Positions 25,466 to 37,767 of a stretch of DNA of 64,000 bases are shown piece after piece (positions within the stretch are counted from its first letter, which is position 1; each line of letters begins with the position of its first letter). Location: contig NC_043001.1 in the NCBI RefSeq assembly GCF_006345805.1, positions 101,370,001-101,434,000 of the forward strand, given 5' to 3'. The position numbers and the translations under genes were made by a program. Under the pieces are notes generated by a model. That model was not told where the DNA came from, searched no databases, and saw nothing but the letters and a program-made list of their open reading frames with translations. This DNA is from Octopus sinensis. Lineage: Eukaryota.

Positions 25466-26779
25466 CTTTGTGCTTGGAAGAAGTTCCGCCATTTTCAGTT
25501 TTGTCCACTAAAATTGTTGCAGGAGAAGTACTAAACAAACGGTTAAGATGCTGACTCCACCTGGCATCTTGGGGATTTCATGTTCACGGGAACGTTTTTA
25601 ATGTCAGTATTTTTGTAAAATATTCCATCTATGAGTTTGTGGTGAGGTCTGTTGCATGAAGCCATAGTTTGATGAGTTTTTAATGAAATAATCCATTCTA
25701 AAACTAAGGGACATTTGGTTTTTGTATTAGGGGTTTATACATTTTTACTGAGTGCAATATTTGTTGAATCAATGTAGAGAAATGTGTTCCTGTTTTGTTT
25801 TGCGATATTGTCTACTAATTTAATTAAGTACGCATCGTTAATTAATGTTTGTTTCCCTTGTTAGATTCCCTAATTTAAAAATTGGCTTGCACTATTTTTT
25901 TCATATTCTGAGATGTTCTGTGTAATATTATAGTTGCTTTTTTTTTTACTTATTTTGTTGCTTATCTATAATAACTAAGAGGTTTCTCCTCTTAGTTTCA
26001 CAAATTACGATTTCCTTTCATGTCCTGTATGGTTATGGCACAATATTTTTGTCAATTAGTATCTTGAAAAACAGAGAGAGATTTTACTTACTTCGTGTTC
26101 TTTGGGAATAAAAATTTGTTGTGGGACTGGCATGTGTAATTTGATCACAGCTGAGGAGTGCTAGGAGAGTCCAAAAACTTTGTTGTCTTGTGAGAGAAAT
26201 AGTAATTTCCCATCATAAAAACTGCTAAGATTCCATCTATATCATCATTCCTTATCTGACATGAGAGTAGACTGTACATTATCTATAGCCATGGCTATGT
26301 AGTTAAGTAAGTCAGTTACCTATAGATTTTTTGGGGGTTTCTGCTGAAGATTTTGGAATATCCTTCGCCATTATGTCTACTTGACAGTTGATTAGCTTTT
26401 ACAAGAATTCTGAGACTTTTGTTTTTTTGCACTGCTTCATTGTGAAAACATATATTTGTGCAAACAGGGAACAGCTTTTTTCAAACATTTTGTTTTAAAG
26501 ATGCAACTGTGTTCAAGTTTAATCCATTTTCTTTCTTTTTTTTATTAAAGACTTTTCTTGTTTCTTTATTAATCCTTCACATTTAGTTTGGAAACAATAG
26601 CATTCCAATGTCCATTAGTCCATTAACGATTCAATACTTTAGTTTTCAACACCTGAAATATTGACATGTTTTTCGCACATTTTGCAGTATGTTGCCAAAG
26701 ATCATGGCAGTAGATGGAACTGACAAATCTCCAACGCTGGATTATTTGGTTAACATAAAAACGAAGTTATTTCTAAATA

Positions 26780-27200
26780 TCACCACATTATCTACTCTAT
26801 GTTGAGGACATAGCAAGGTGAGATATACAGAAGAAAAAACTGATAGATTTAAAACGAGATCTTGAAACTAATTCCCTCCTTAAATTTACCATCCAAAAAT
26901 AGTTATAACATAAATTAAAACCACACCACCAAACCATTCTGGTTACATAATGTAACAACAAGGAATATTACTTGTAGCAACTCATTATACTCCCACCAAA
27001 AAAAATCTACCTCTGCAGAGATAATATCTAAACAAGCAGAGATTCTGTCCCCTTAGATATAAAATATTTATAGTGAAATCGTAGCTAGGATGAGCTTTTA
27101 AATCTCACCAACAAAAGCATTTTTAGATAAGGAGCTCTAACAAGCGAAACAAACAATAGTTAGTAATGGGTATTGGGTAGACAAGAAGACTGTGTTACAA
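26780..27200 (+). pseudogene. Penelope-like reverse transcriptase remnant
   Basis: YLLYVEDI (26789-26812; compare YxRYVDD), DLKRDLETNSLLKFTIQ, and CPLRYKIFIVKS*LG*AFK/ISPTKAFLDKEL*QAKQTIVSNGY, in the order expected for a PLE RT palm and thumb. Confidence 0.65.
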
Positions 27201-27655
27201 AACAGAAACAAATTCATACTCACTGCTACAACAGATGCAACACCCAGTAAAAATATATAAACAACACATATAGAACACTACAAGAACCAAAAGCATGCTT
27301 CTTAGAGAAGGAAATATCGTTAATATCTGATAACAGAACAGAATACGGATCATGTCTAATCACAGTCTTATAGTTCTTCCACATGAGTGGTTCTCAACCA
27401 TTTTTTGTCTCTAAATCCCTTTGATCCGTACTCTATTCCTACCAGGCTTCCATAGCCATTTGATGTATATTAAATAATCTCGTTATGATTTTATAATTAT
27501 TAAAAATTATTTGAAAAAAGTTTAAATATTTTGTATATAGTAGATGTATAAGCAATTTATTGCACATAAACGAGAAAAACTTATATGAACCTCAGCTGAG
27601 AAACAATGTTTTATTTTATAAAACACCTGAATGGAGAATTCCTCACCAAAAGACA

Positions 27656-27965
27656 GGTAGAGGCATGACTTTGTGATAAGAAGTTTGTTTCCCAGCCACA
27701 TGGTTCTGGGTTCAGTCCCACTGCATGGCATCATGTGTCTTCTACTAACAGCCTCAGGTCTTTTGCATGGATTGGTAGGCAGAAACTGAAAGAGGCCCGT
27801 TGCATGTGGTGGGGACGGTTTGACAACCAGTGTTGGTTTGTTTACATCTCCGCAACTTAGCAGTTTGGCTGATAGAGACTGATAGAGGCTTAAAACTAAA
27901 GTATGTACTGGAGTCAATTTGCTTGACTAAAATTCTTCAAGGAGTTGCCCCAGCATGGCCACAGA
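27656..27965 (+). mobile_element. Main SINE copy lacking the internal microsatellite
   Basis: Head GGTTCAGTCCC, GAAACTGAAAGAGGCCCG joined directly to TTGACAACC, tail GCCCCAGCATGGCC. Confidence 0.8.
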
Positions 27966-28655
27966 CCAATGCTTGAAATGGCTAAACCATGAAATGAAAC
28001 CACACACTTTCAAACTATGGAAAGTACTTCAGATGAAAACTAGTAACACCAAAACATATTTCGGGTGATTGTGTTTGGTAATTAAAAGTTATTGCTGCCC
28101 AACAAAACGTAACAGAATATATAGACAAATGTATATGAAGACACATGGTTTTACTGCATAGGTGCATTGCACTCAAGATCATAAAATCATGAGTTCAATT
28201 CCCAGATTGGTTGCATGTTGTACTCTTGAGCAAAACACTTCATTTAATGTTACTCCACTCCACCCTGCTGTAAATGGTTAACCCTGTGGCAAACTAAACC
28301 AATTAGGGAGTATGTTGGCTTGCTTACCTAGCCAAGGGGTGGAATCATTCAAAAGCCAAAATGATGCAAAGTGCACTGTGACCAGCAATGTATAACAACA
28401 TCTAATAGTCTGGTCAACCATTTGGTCACATGATGAATATACAATATATAATAGTCAGGCCAGGTCAGATCAAGTAGGAATGGGCATGTGCTGTTGCAGT
28501 GCCTTGGTGTATCCTCTATGTGTCAGTATTTGCTTGAGTCATCCAAAGTAACCCTCCAAGCAGTGTCCCAGTCAGTCCTCATTTCTGCAAGATACTTCTT
28601 CATCTGCTATGACCATGGGACATCTGGTTGACCAATGCCTGTGGATAACATATTG

Positions 28656-29800
28656 TTAGGTTGTCTGAAAAGTTCTGCACATTTTTAATGTGCAAAACAG
28701 AATATAAATAATTGATCTTTCAATAGATTTTATTCAATGAAATGATTTCCGTTATTATTTGACTTTTATCAACCTATCAGACAGTTTAAATATTCTATAA
28801 GCATAAAATTTGACTGGTTTTGAAGAAATAAAGTTACCTAGATGCATTTTGACTCCCAGGAGAATATGGTGGATGGGGTAAGAGATATCAACCAAGTTCA
28901 TGTAGCTTTGACAACACATGTTGTCAGGCATTGTCTTGTAGGAACATTGTTGGCAATCTCCAGCCTCAATTCTTTGATTTTTTTAATGAAATTCACATCA
29001 GAATTAATTATCTGGTTTTGTGGTAGAAGCTTATAATAAATAATGTCTTTTTGATCCCACCCAACACAAAGCATAGCTTTTTTAACATGGATATTCATCT
29101 TTGGCTGCTGTCTTGGGGATCCTTACATGAACTCCAGGATCTTTTATGCACTACGTTTTCATATACAATCCATTTTTCATCTCCAGTCACAAGTTGTTTC
29201 AAAAAGGGCAGGCTTTCATTCCGTTACACAAGCATATAACAAACAGAATACTGGTCCAAGCAATTCTCTTCTGAGAGTTTGTGGGGGACCCATACATTAT
29301 AGTAAGAAATGTATCCTTGCTTCACTAGGTCTTCATGAGCAATACTTTTGGAAACTCCTGTGCAAATCTCTAGTCGTGATATTTGAGTTTTCTTCAATTT
29401 TTACCTTCAAAACATCTTCATCCAATTTCGAAGGTCTTCCACTGTGACTGTCATCTTCCAAGCTAAACTCACCAGCTTTAAATTTTGCAAACCATCTTCA
29501 AAGAACGGTTGATTCACCATAAACTTCACAAATGTTTTGCAAGTCTTTGCAGTATTTTCTCCTTTTTAAAAAAACAGAAAAGCATTACAAAACGAATATG
29601 AAATTTTTGGTTATCCATTTCGAATGTCAATAAAGGGTAACCGAAATGAAAGATAAATTTATTTTTAGTCAGGAACAAAGAAGAGATGTACGACCACTTC
29701 AAACAACGCCAAAGTTTTAACTGTGCTACGTTTCAAGTGTGCTCAAAGAAGCATTGAAAGATTTAGCTTAAAAATGCTCAGAACTTTCCAGTCAACCTAA
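28656..29800 (-). mobile_element. Decayed mariner transposon with both TIRs
   Basis: TIRs TTAGGTTGTCTGAAAAGTTCTG (28656-28677) and CAGAACTTTCCAGTCAACCTAA (29779-29800), right flank TA. Transposase remnants DSHSGRPSKLDEDVLK and HVKKAMLCVGWDQKDIIYYKLLPQNQIINSD. Confidence 0.9.
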
Positions 29801-30448
29801 TAATATACTATTATTGTATGTGCACTATAATTTGATACAAAAACATTAGTAGACAGATATTACTATCGTAACCAGAATTCGAGAAAGAAAAATGCAATTT
29901 GCTAGGGAAGTTTTACTGATAGCAAAACGGAATGAAAAATCGTCCCAAAGATACAGCACATAGAATAAACCTCAAAATCAAACAGTTTTTAAATATTGAA
30001 ATGCTTGATTTTAAATCTGATGTAGAGTATTTTATAGTTATAATGATATTCCCATGCTCCTTTGTTCCCTAGTGTAAAGTGTGCAAACAACATTCTGTTC
30101 CGTTATCATGTCATGTAGATGATAAAAGCAGAGAGTTTTGAAAATGTTAATAAACTAATGACCTTAGGAAACTATTGTTTCAAATCAAATATAAAAGACA
30201 ATTAAGAGAATATGGAATATCCTTAGTACAAAGGTCTGAATTTGAACAGTTCTATTGATAAAGGTATGACTGTATGGTATAGAAGACTGCTTTACAACTA
30301 CAAAGTTTCAGATTCTATACCATTGTATGGAACCTTGTGTAAGTATCTGCCATTGTAGTGTCAGCCCAACCAATGTCTTATCAATGAAATTGGTACCAGA
30401 CTTTGTCTTGGAGAGAATTTCTTTCTAAAGGTTTTGTAAGAACATTAC

Positions 30449-30503
30449 ATGCTTCCTATGTATGTATGTATGTATGTATGTATGTATGTATGCATACATA
30501 TAT

Positions 30504-30568
<65 letters not shown>

Positions 30569-30649
30569 TATATATATATATCTATATATATGTACATATA
30601 TACATATATATATATTACACACATATATATATATGTGTGTGTGTGTGTG

Positions 30650-30693
<44 letters not shown>

Positions 30694-30712
30694 ATGTATA
30701 TATATATATATG
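30449..30712. repeat. Compound (TATG)n-(TA)n-(TG)n microsatellite
   Basis: Direct reading. Confidence 0.95.
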
Positions 30713-32149
30713 CTAATATTAAACAGTGAGAATTAATGTTGAACGCCACATTAGTGTATAAATATATTTTCAGTGTGGGTCAGTGAGGCAAAAACAAAAA
30801 TTGTATATATGCATGAATGCATTTCTTCTGCACATTTTGTCATTCCCTCCCCCGCTAATTATACATATCAATATATAGACATATTCCTATACCTATATAA
30901 GCTTCTATGAAATACTTAAAAATATAATTGTACAAGTGTTTCGAATTTTTGAATAGTTTTCTGCGTGTTGGGACCCAGCTTTTGATAAGGTGCATTCAAG
31001 ATAATGAAGGTAGCCACATTTTCTAATTTGGTGCTATTCACTAGGATAATCAGTTCAATATAGCGCTTGCCATTATTTGAGTTTATTGTGAAGCCAAATG
31101 CAACACATGTGGTAGAAAACCAGTCCATTATTAGAAGTCGCATTCCATCTCAGTATAAGCGACAAATATGAACATCAAAATCTTTCTTGAAGTAAAAATT
31201 GTTTGCCATCATAACATGGCCATCCTGCTTTAGGACGAATGTTGCTGTAATTTAGCTCCAGGAGACATCATCTCCAGCTGGCTATACAACATAATCTGTG
31301 TACTTATTTTTTCAAACAAGGGAATCTAGCACCCCCACTCAGCTCAAAACAATATCTGTGTATCGTGATTTCCAGGTTATTTCCTTTCATCAGTACAGAA
31401 TAATTGTTTGGCTAGAGGTTGTACTGCCAAATTCCCACTTTAAATATATGGTTTTGAAAGCAACAACTAGTCACTGATCTATAAATTAGAGAATTACTAT
31501 GTTTAAATCTCACAACAACAGATATTCAGCCCAGGGGTTAAATTACAGCAACATTCGTCCTAAACCAGGACTGCCATGTTAAGTTGGCAAACAATCTTTA
31601 CTCCAAAGTACTGTAATAGTAATTTTCTAAAATCTTTTATGTTGTTCTAAACTTAAAATGAATAACAATATCACATTGTTGAAAATCATAAAGAGCACGT
31701 TGAAGTATATTGAAATCAGAGCTGTGCTTCATGCCAATGTTTGTCGCAATTTCATCAGAATGGTACCTTTGTATGTGACTTGAACCATCACTGCATGATT
31801 TAGTCCCTTAAACAAGTTTTTTTCCCCATTTATTCTGTCACATAACTATTATAGGGAGAGACCCTCTACTTCATGCAGTTAATGTCTTGGATTAATCATT
31901 TAAATCTTATTAAAGCACTTAAATTGGCTGCTTTCAAAGGTGGGTAATTTTAAACTTTAATGTTGAGGAAGGAGGAAACAGTTTTAGCAGCTGCCGAAGA
32001 TTGAGGAAGCATGAAAGGAGCTTAATCATAAATTTCGACAATAAAGGGAAGCAATATTCATCCCTCCATTCTTCTGAAATATGTTAAGCCAAACTTTTTC
32101 AGTTCTTCATTTATTATTTTGTTTTCATTTGGAGGTTGATCTCGCAGTG

Positions 32150-32830
32150 TCTTTACTCTTTATTAATTTGTTTGTAATGTTCTTCATGGAATGAGCGAGA
32201 ATCTTTCATAACTAATGGGTTAATTGATTTTGGCCTTCATTCAATAACATTAGTCAGGTAGAGTTGCCTGAAGCAACTCTGATGTTACAAACAGTTTACA
32301 AGATAAAAAGCGCTGGAATCTCTGCTTTGGATGGCAAACAGAAATTTCAAATATTTATTGAAAATTCTTGCTGTTCTTTTTAGGAAATTCTCGTTGAATT
32401 ATCTAGATAAATGCTTTCTACAGTAGCATCACAATAAATGTCAACTATTTTGAGATATACTGAAAGATCATTGACATTAATTCTGCTTTTATATCATTAG
32501 GTTCCAAAATTTCTTGCTAGATAGAATTTCTAAGAATCCCTTTCACTTCGGTAGTAATACGAAGTCTTATCATAATGAATTCTAAATACTTCTGTTTGAA
32601 ACTCTGAATTAATATCAAGTAAAATGTAATCTAAGAAAGCAAAATACAGTTTTCTAATAGGATTTTGTAATGACTCTAAAATTGGTGATGCCATAGAAGT
32701 TCATTTCCTAAGACAAGAGATGTAAAGAACAACACAAGTGTAGGCTATTGTTCTAAAGTTCTTTTCATATCCTCTCAATAGAAAGCCATTTTGTGCAGTT
32801 AATGTGGAATATTTTTTCTAAGGTTTGGTA
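32150..32830 (-). pseudogene. Possible, highly decayed Gypsy pol/integrase remnant
   Basis: Fragments LTAQNGFLLRG, GITNFRVITKSY and ASGNST*LMLLNEGQ loosely resemble Gypsy ELTVxNGxLLRG, GIxKMKxLARSY and TGxSPAELLNGR. Confidence 0.3.
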
Positions 32831-33109
32831 TGTGTCAGTTTTTGAAATTCTTTAAGTTCCTTTTGGTATTTAAGGCTATTTCTCAAATACACAAAAGGAT
32901 TTCTGGGAAATTCTTCCAAAGTTGTTTAATGCAAGCTTTTGAATCATCTAAGTACAACAAATGGCATATTCAAGAGTTGTTTGAAGATTTGATCATTTTT
33001 TACCAATTTCAAAAAGCATTTTACTCCATTTTTCCTTCTCATCATAACACTTATTTTGCTGCAGATAAATCCGGTTTGGAATTTCAAAGTTTTTTTTTTA
33101 TCTTTTAGT

Positions 33110-33690
33110 AGTTTCAAACATTAGACTGAGACTATGCTGAGGCTCTGCCTAGAAGAATTTTTGTTCAAATGAATCAACGCTAGGACATTTTTCTAAGTCT
33201 GGTACTTATTGTGTTGGTCTCTTTTGCCAAACCACAAAGTCACTGAGACATAAACACACTAACATCCATTGTCAAGAAGTGGTTAGGACAAACACAGATG
33301 CAAACACACACAAATGCAAAGGCAAACCAGATGGCTGCACCAGGCTCCAATCTTGATCTGGCTGAGTTTCTACAGTTGGATGCCCTTCCTAACACCAATC
33401 ATGCTGAAAGTGTAGTGGGTGCTCTTTACGTGCCAGTCAAGAGGTACTGGCAATTGCTATGCTCAAATGGTGTTTTTACATGCCACCTGCATAGGAGCCA
33501 GTTCAGCGGCACTGGCAATGACCTCGCTCGAATATTTTTCACATAGCACCAGCACAAGTGCCAGTAAGATGACACTGGTAATGATCATGCTCAAATGGTG
33601 CTTTTAACGTTCCACCGACATGGAAGCCAGTCAGCTACCCTGGCAACGATCATGCTCAGATGGTGCTCTTAGCGCTCCACTATCACAGAT
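33110..33690 (-). mobile_element. Two adjacent minus-strand SINEs: main-SINE 3' half (33110-33310) and tandem-unit SINE (33330-33690)
   Basis: Reverse complements of the known modules. The second carries several ~60-70 bp internal units (CTGGCAA(C/T)GA.C..GCTC.AATGGTG..TTT.ACG). Confidence 0.75.
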
Positions 33691-33695
33691 GCCAG

Positions 33696-33759
<64 letters not shown>

Positions 33760-34236
33760 AATTAGTGTACATTTAAACACAAAAGAGGTGAGCCTTAACA
33801 GGTGACCTTACATACTAGAAGGAACAGTCAAAAAGTTCAAACCCCAGTTAAGAGCAATTTCAAAGGGAATGAAAAATATAAACATTTACCATGTTTTGCA
33901 GCCAGGCCTTAGGTTTTGAATTTTAATTACCAAATAAAATAATTTGCAAGGTGAAGTTCTCATCAGCGGATACGCCAAAACATTAACACACAAATCAGAG
34001 ACAAAATAACACGTGTCTAATCCTTAAATATTATAAATTTTCAAATCCTCCATGCAAGCAGAGTTTCAATCAGCAGCAAATAAAAATTCTGATTAAACTT
34101 CAGAAATTGCTATATATATATACAAGTATATTAAGTATATGATTTAACTTATAAAACAAAGTTCAACAAATTTAATCCTATTTTTCATAAATGGTGGAGA
34201 TTAGATGTTAAAATGGATTGAAATTAAGATGAATAA

Positions 34237-34313
<77 letters not shown>

Positions 34314-34388
34314 TGTATATATATAGATTAACAGAATGAGATAAAAAAATCCAAGGCTGTGAATAGTTTTCAGAACATTTATAAAGAG

Positions 34389-34435
34389 GTCTTACAGCTG
34401 TTCCAGGATATTTTATATATCTCTTCATCAGAGAC
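34389..34435 (-). ncRNA. Minimal type I hammerhead ribozyme (one A missing in GAAA)
   Basis: Minus strand: GTCT-CTGATGA-AGAGATATATAAAATATCCTG-GAAC-AGCT-GTA-AGAC. Confidence 0.7.
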
Positions 34436-34767
34436 GGTGCGAGAAAATGTTTAAGTAATAGTTATAATAGAGAAGATATGAAATACAGAGTGAAGTGGAG
34501 GAATGAAAACAGATGTGAGATACGTAAGTATAGTGTATCTGCAGTTCCATTAATCAAGCAGAACTCTATACTTGGAATGACCAATTTTAAATTCTATTGG
34601 AATTTAATCACAAGGTATTGGAATCTTATATGTATACCATTCTGTCTCAATAATGGATCTACAAATGCAATATCCCTGCATAACTCACATCTATTTTCAT
34701 TCCTCCACTTCACTCTCTATTTCATATCTTATCTAAATGAACTATTGCTTAACCATTTTCTCACACC

Positions 34768-34815
34768 ATCTCTGAAGAAGAGATATATAAAATATCCTGG
34801 AAACAGCTGTAAGAC
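34768..34815 (+). ncRNA. Minimal type I hammerhead ribozyme, core intact
   Basis: ATCT-CTGAAGA-AGAGATATATAAAATATCCTG-GAAAC-AGCT-GTA-AGAC. Palindromic AGCT loop; stem II GATAT/ATATC. Confidence 0.8.
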
Positions 34816-36589
34816 CTTCTTTCTATAAATGTTCTAAAAATCTTCACAGCCTTGGTTTTTTATCCCATTCTGAAAAAAAATTATATATATAAATGGCGGT
34901 GCCCCAGCATGGCCACAGCTTCTGAGCTGAAACTAAAAAAAAAATATATATATATATAGAGAGAGAGAGAGATAACAAAGGAGGAAATCAGAAATGTTGG
35001 GGTATTATTTATTCACCATTACATGTGTTTCATGCACTAATAGGAACTACAAAGATTTACATATCAGAGAGACATGGAAGGAATTTCTTGTTAGAAATTC
35101 TTCAGGTGCAGAATTTAGATAATGTAAATTCTAACATTTGGATGAAGTGTTTATATTTAGATAGTAGTTAGGACCAGCACAGATAGTCCTGGTGAAGGAA
35201 GAAAAGAGAGACATATACACACACACAGATATACCAGTACATACTAACTACCTACACAGCTATAGATAAATAGACATACAGACAGGCAGACCAAGAGACC
35301 GGCATATAAACAGATACCAAACTAGGTAGGTAAGTAAGTAAGTTGGTTAGTAGTAATAGAAAAGCAATAAGCAATGCATCCATCTTGCATGGAATTCCCT
35401 GCCAAATTAGCCACCTAAAGATGGCAGTGATATTATTAGTACTATTTTCCTTGTTAGGCACCGGCTACAATGGTAAAATCATCAAATATTTAACAAAGCC
35501 TAATCACAAACAAAACCACTCACAGACGAATGAAAGAAAATTGTCAAAAGTAATAATTAAAATTCCATGGTAATGGCAGAAGTACTAGAACTAAAAGTCA
35601 AGTTCACATGAAATAAAAATCCCAATCTCTTTCAAAAAGGAATCCTTCATTGGACTACGAAGAACTTGATATATAAAAGAAAAACGATGGCTGCATATTT
35701 GTTTTAGTTACAAGTGTCCTCAGCTGCAAGCTTTGTGATTGGCAGTGTTGATACTCATGGCTGAATTGAATTTCATTCTGTTTTTTATCCAGGATCAAAT
35801 GATGTTTTTCTTATCTCATCTGCTACCAAAAGTCTGTAACAGTTGATTTATCCTCTCTACCAATTCCTTTCATAAGTTGTTTGAAAGTTCTTCTCAGAGA
35901 ATGTTGATACGGTCGAGGCAATAAACTGGTCGAAGCATTAGCATGCTAGACAAACTATTTGGTGGCATTTCGTCTATCTTACATTCTCAGTTCTACTTCC
36001 ACCACCCAAGCCAGCTTTGTCTTTCATCTTTCCAGAGTTTGTGAAATAAGTAGCTGGGGTCAGCACAATCGACTTACCTTTCCCACAAAATTGCTGTCCT
36101 TGTGCCAGAATTTGAAACCAATGTTACCAAAACTGAAGAACACCATCCTCTAAGAATTACTTTGATTCAGAAAAGAACATATGTAAGAGTCCAGATGTGC
36201 ATGAATATACAGTGGAGTATCAGAGTCAGTGAAAAAGGGGTCAGGGTTGAAAGAGCTAAAATGGTGTTTATGCAGGGGTTTTGAAATGAAGTTAGGGGAA
36301 GGCTTGATTAAAGAAGTTAGTGTATGGGTGAGAGAGATGAGAGAGAAGAAGCATTGAGAGAAAAGTGAAATGGAAAGACTATCACTGACCTTTAGTTGCA
36401 ATGAGAGCCGAGAGGCAATTGTTTGGAGACAGCATTGATTGTTATGTCATTGATAGAAATGGTTATGGGGCGGGGGGGGGGGGTGGCAGTGGTGGTAATT
36501 GTTGTATTGGTGAGAGTGAATATGCAGATGATGTGATGGTGCTATAATACCGTCAACAACACCATTGACATTTCTGCTGCCACTATCCC

Positions 36590-36810
36590 CTATGACAATG
36601 ACAGTGACCATGATGATGATGGTGATGATGATGATGATGGAGGTGATGGAGGTGGTGGTGGTGGTGGTGATGATGATGATGATGATGATAGTGGTGGTAA
36701 TGGTGGTGGTGGTGTTAATAAGTGTAAATTTGAGGATGATGTTGTTGAAGAGAATTATGGTTGTGATGCTGATGGAGATGTTAAGTATAGAGCCCGGGGG
36801 TGGTGGTGAC
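36590..36810. repeat. (GAT/GGT)n low-complexity tract
   Basis: Direct reading. Confidence 0.9.
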
Positions 36811-37721
36811 TCAATAGCAACTGGGAAAGAGTAAATCTTAGATGAAGGGGGAATCGCTCGTTAGCAATGCATCAAAATAAAATGCATGAATGCCTACACA
36901 CACACACACTCATTATATAAATATGATATACATCTATGCACACACAGATACAGATACACACACACACACACACACACGCACATGAGTATGTGTAATGCAT
37001 TCACACATTTCAAATTTAAAGAAAATTTTGAATTTGACAAAAACTTGATTGAAACTAAAACCGTTTTGAAAATTTAATTAATTAAAGTTAAAGAAAGTTG
37101 GTGGTGGAGGTGGTGATTGTGTGGGGATGTGGGTGTGGTCCATTTGAGCCAAAGTGGAAATGCAGTTTTGCAACTGTAGTAAAAATAATTGAAAAATTTA
37201 CAGTTGAGTTAGCAAAGACAATGACCTGATTAAGACAGTGAGAAAGATCTGTTGCCAGACTTGAGTTGCCCTTAAAGATTTCCAAAGAGGAACTCTAGAA
37301 AGAATTTGACAATAGTCAGTAAACCTTAATTAAGAAATTTCCCAGCTAATTCTGTTTAATTTCATTCTTGTGTTTCCATCTAGATTAAGATCCATTTAGA
37401 GGTTTTGTTATTTAAGTAAAAAGAAATGGTTTAACTCAGAACTGAAATCATGTCACCAGTTTAACTCACTAAAATCTTGTATTTATTTCTGCATACATGT
37501 ACCACTGACATATATATGCAAGCCCTCTTTTCTCTCCCAACATGCAAGCACATTCATACACAAGCATATATATTAGATAATAAATCATGTGGCATACACC
37601 TGGTAGCTTACTGGTAAAGCACGTTTACTTTCACAGTGTTCTTTAAGTATTTGATTAAAGAGAGACACAAAAGACATATCTACACTGTTGGATGCTCTTG
37701 AACCAGTTGTTAAGTATCCGA

Positions 37722-37767
37722 CTCCTGAGGGAACAATGCTAGATGGGTCGTCGAAACAATTGTAGGG
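37722..37767 (+). ncRNA. Degenerate minimal hammerhead motif
   Basis: CTC-CTGAGGG-AACAATGCTAGATGGGTCGTC-GAAAC-AATT-GTA-GGG. Perfect 3' half with palindromic AATT; A9 changed to G; stem II poor. Confidence 0.5.

Larger units (their letters stand above)
34332..34872. mobile_element. Non-autonomous Penelope-like element: inverted pLTR pair
   Basis: Inverted arms ~34332-34520 and ~34682-34872, each with a hammerhead motif; (TA)n on both flanks. Confidence 0.85.

Noticed and set aside
25500-26700. Possible further retroelement ORF on the minus strand
   Set aside because: Only isolated weak motifs whose order did not fit a single RT-EN layout.
33420-33660. CRISPR-like repeat array
   Set aside because: Eukaryotic context; the units are degenerate internal SINE repeats without unique spacers or cas genes.
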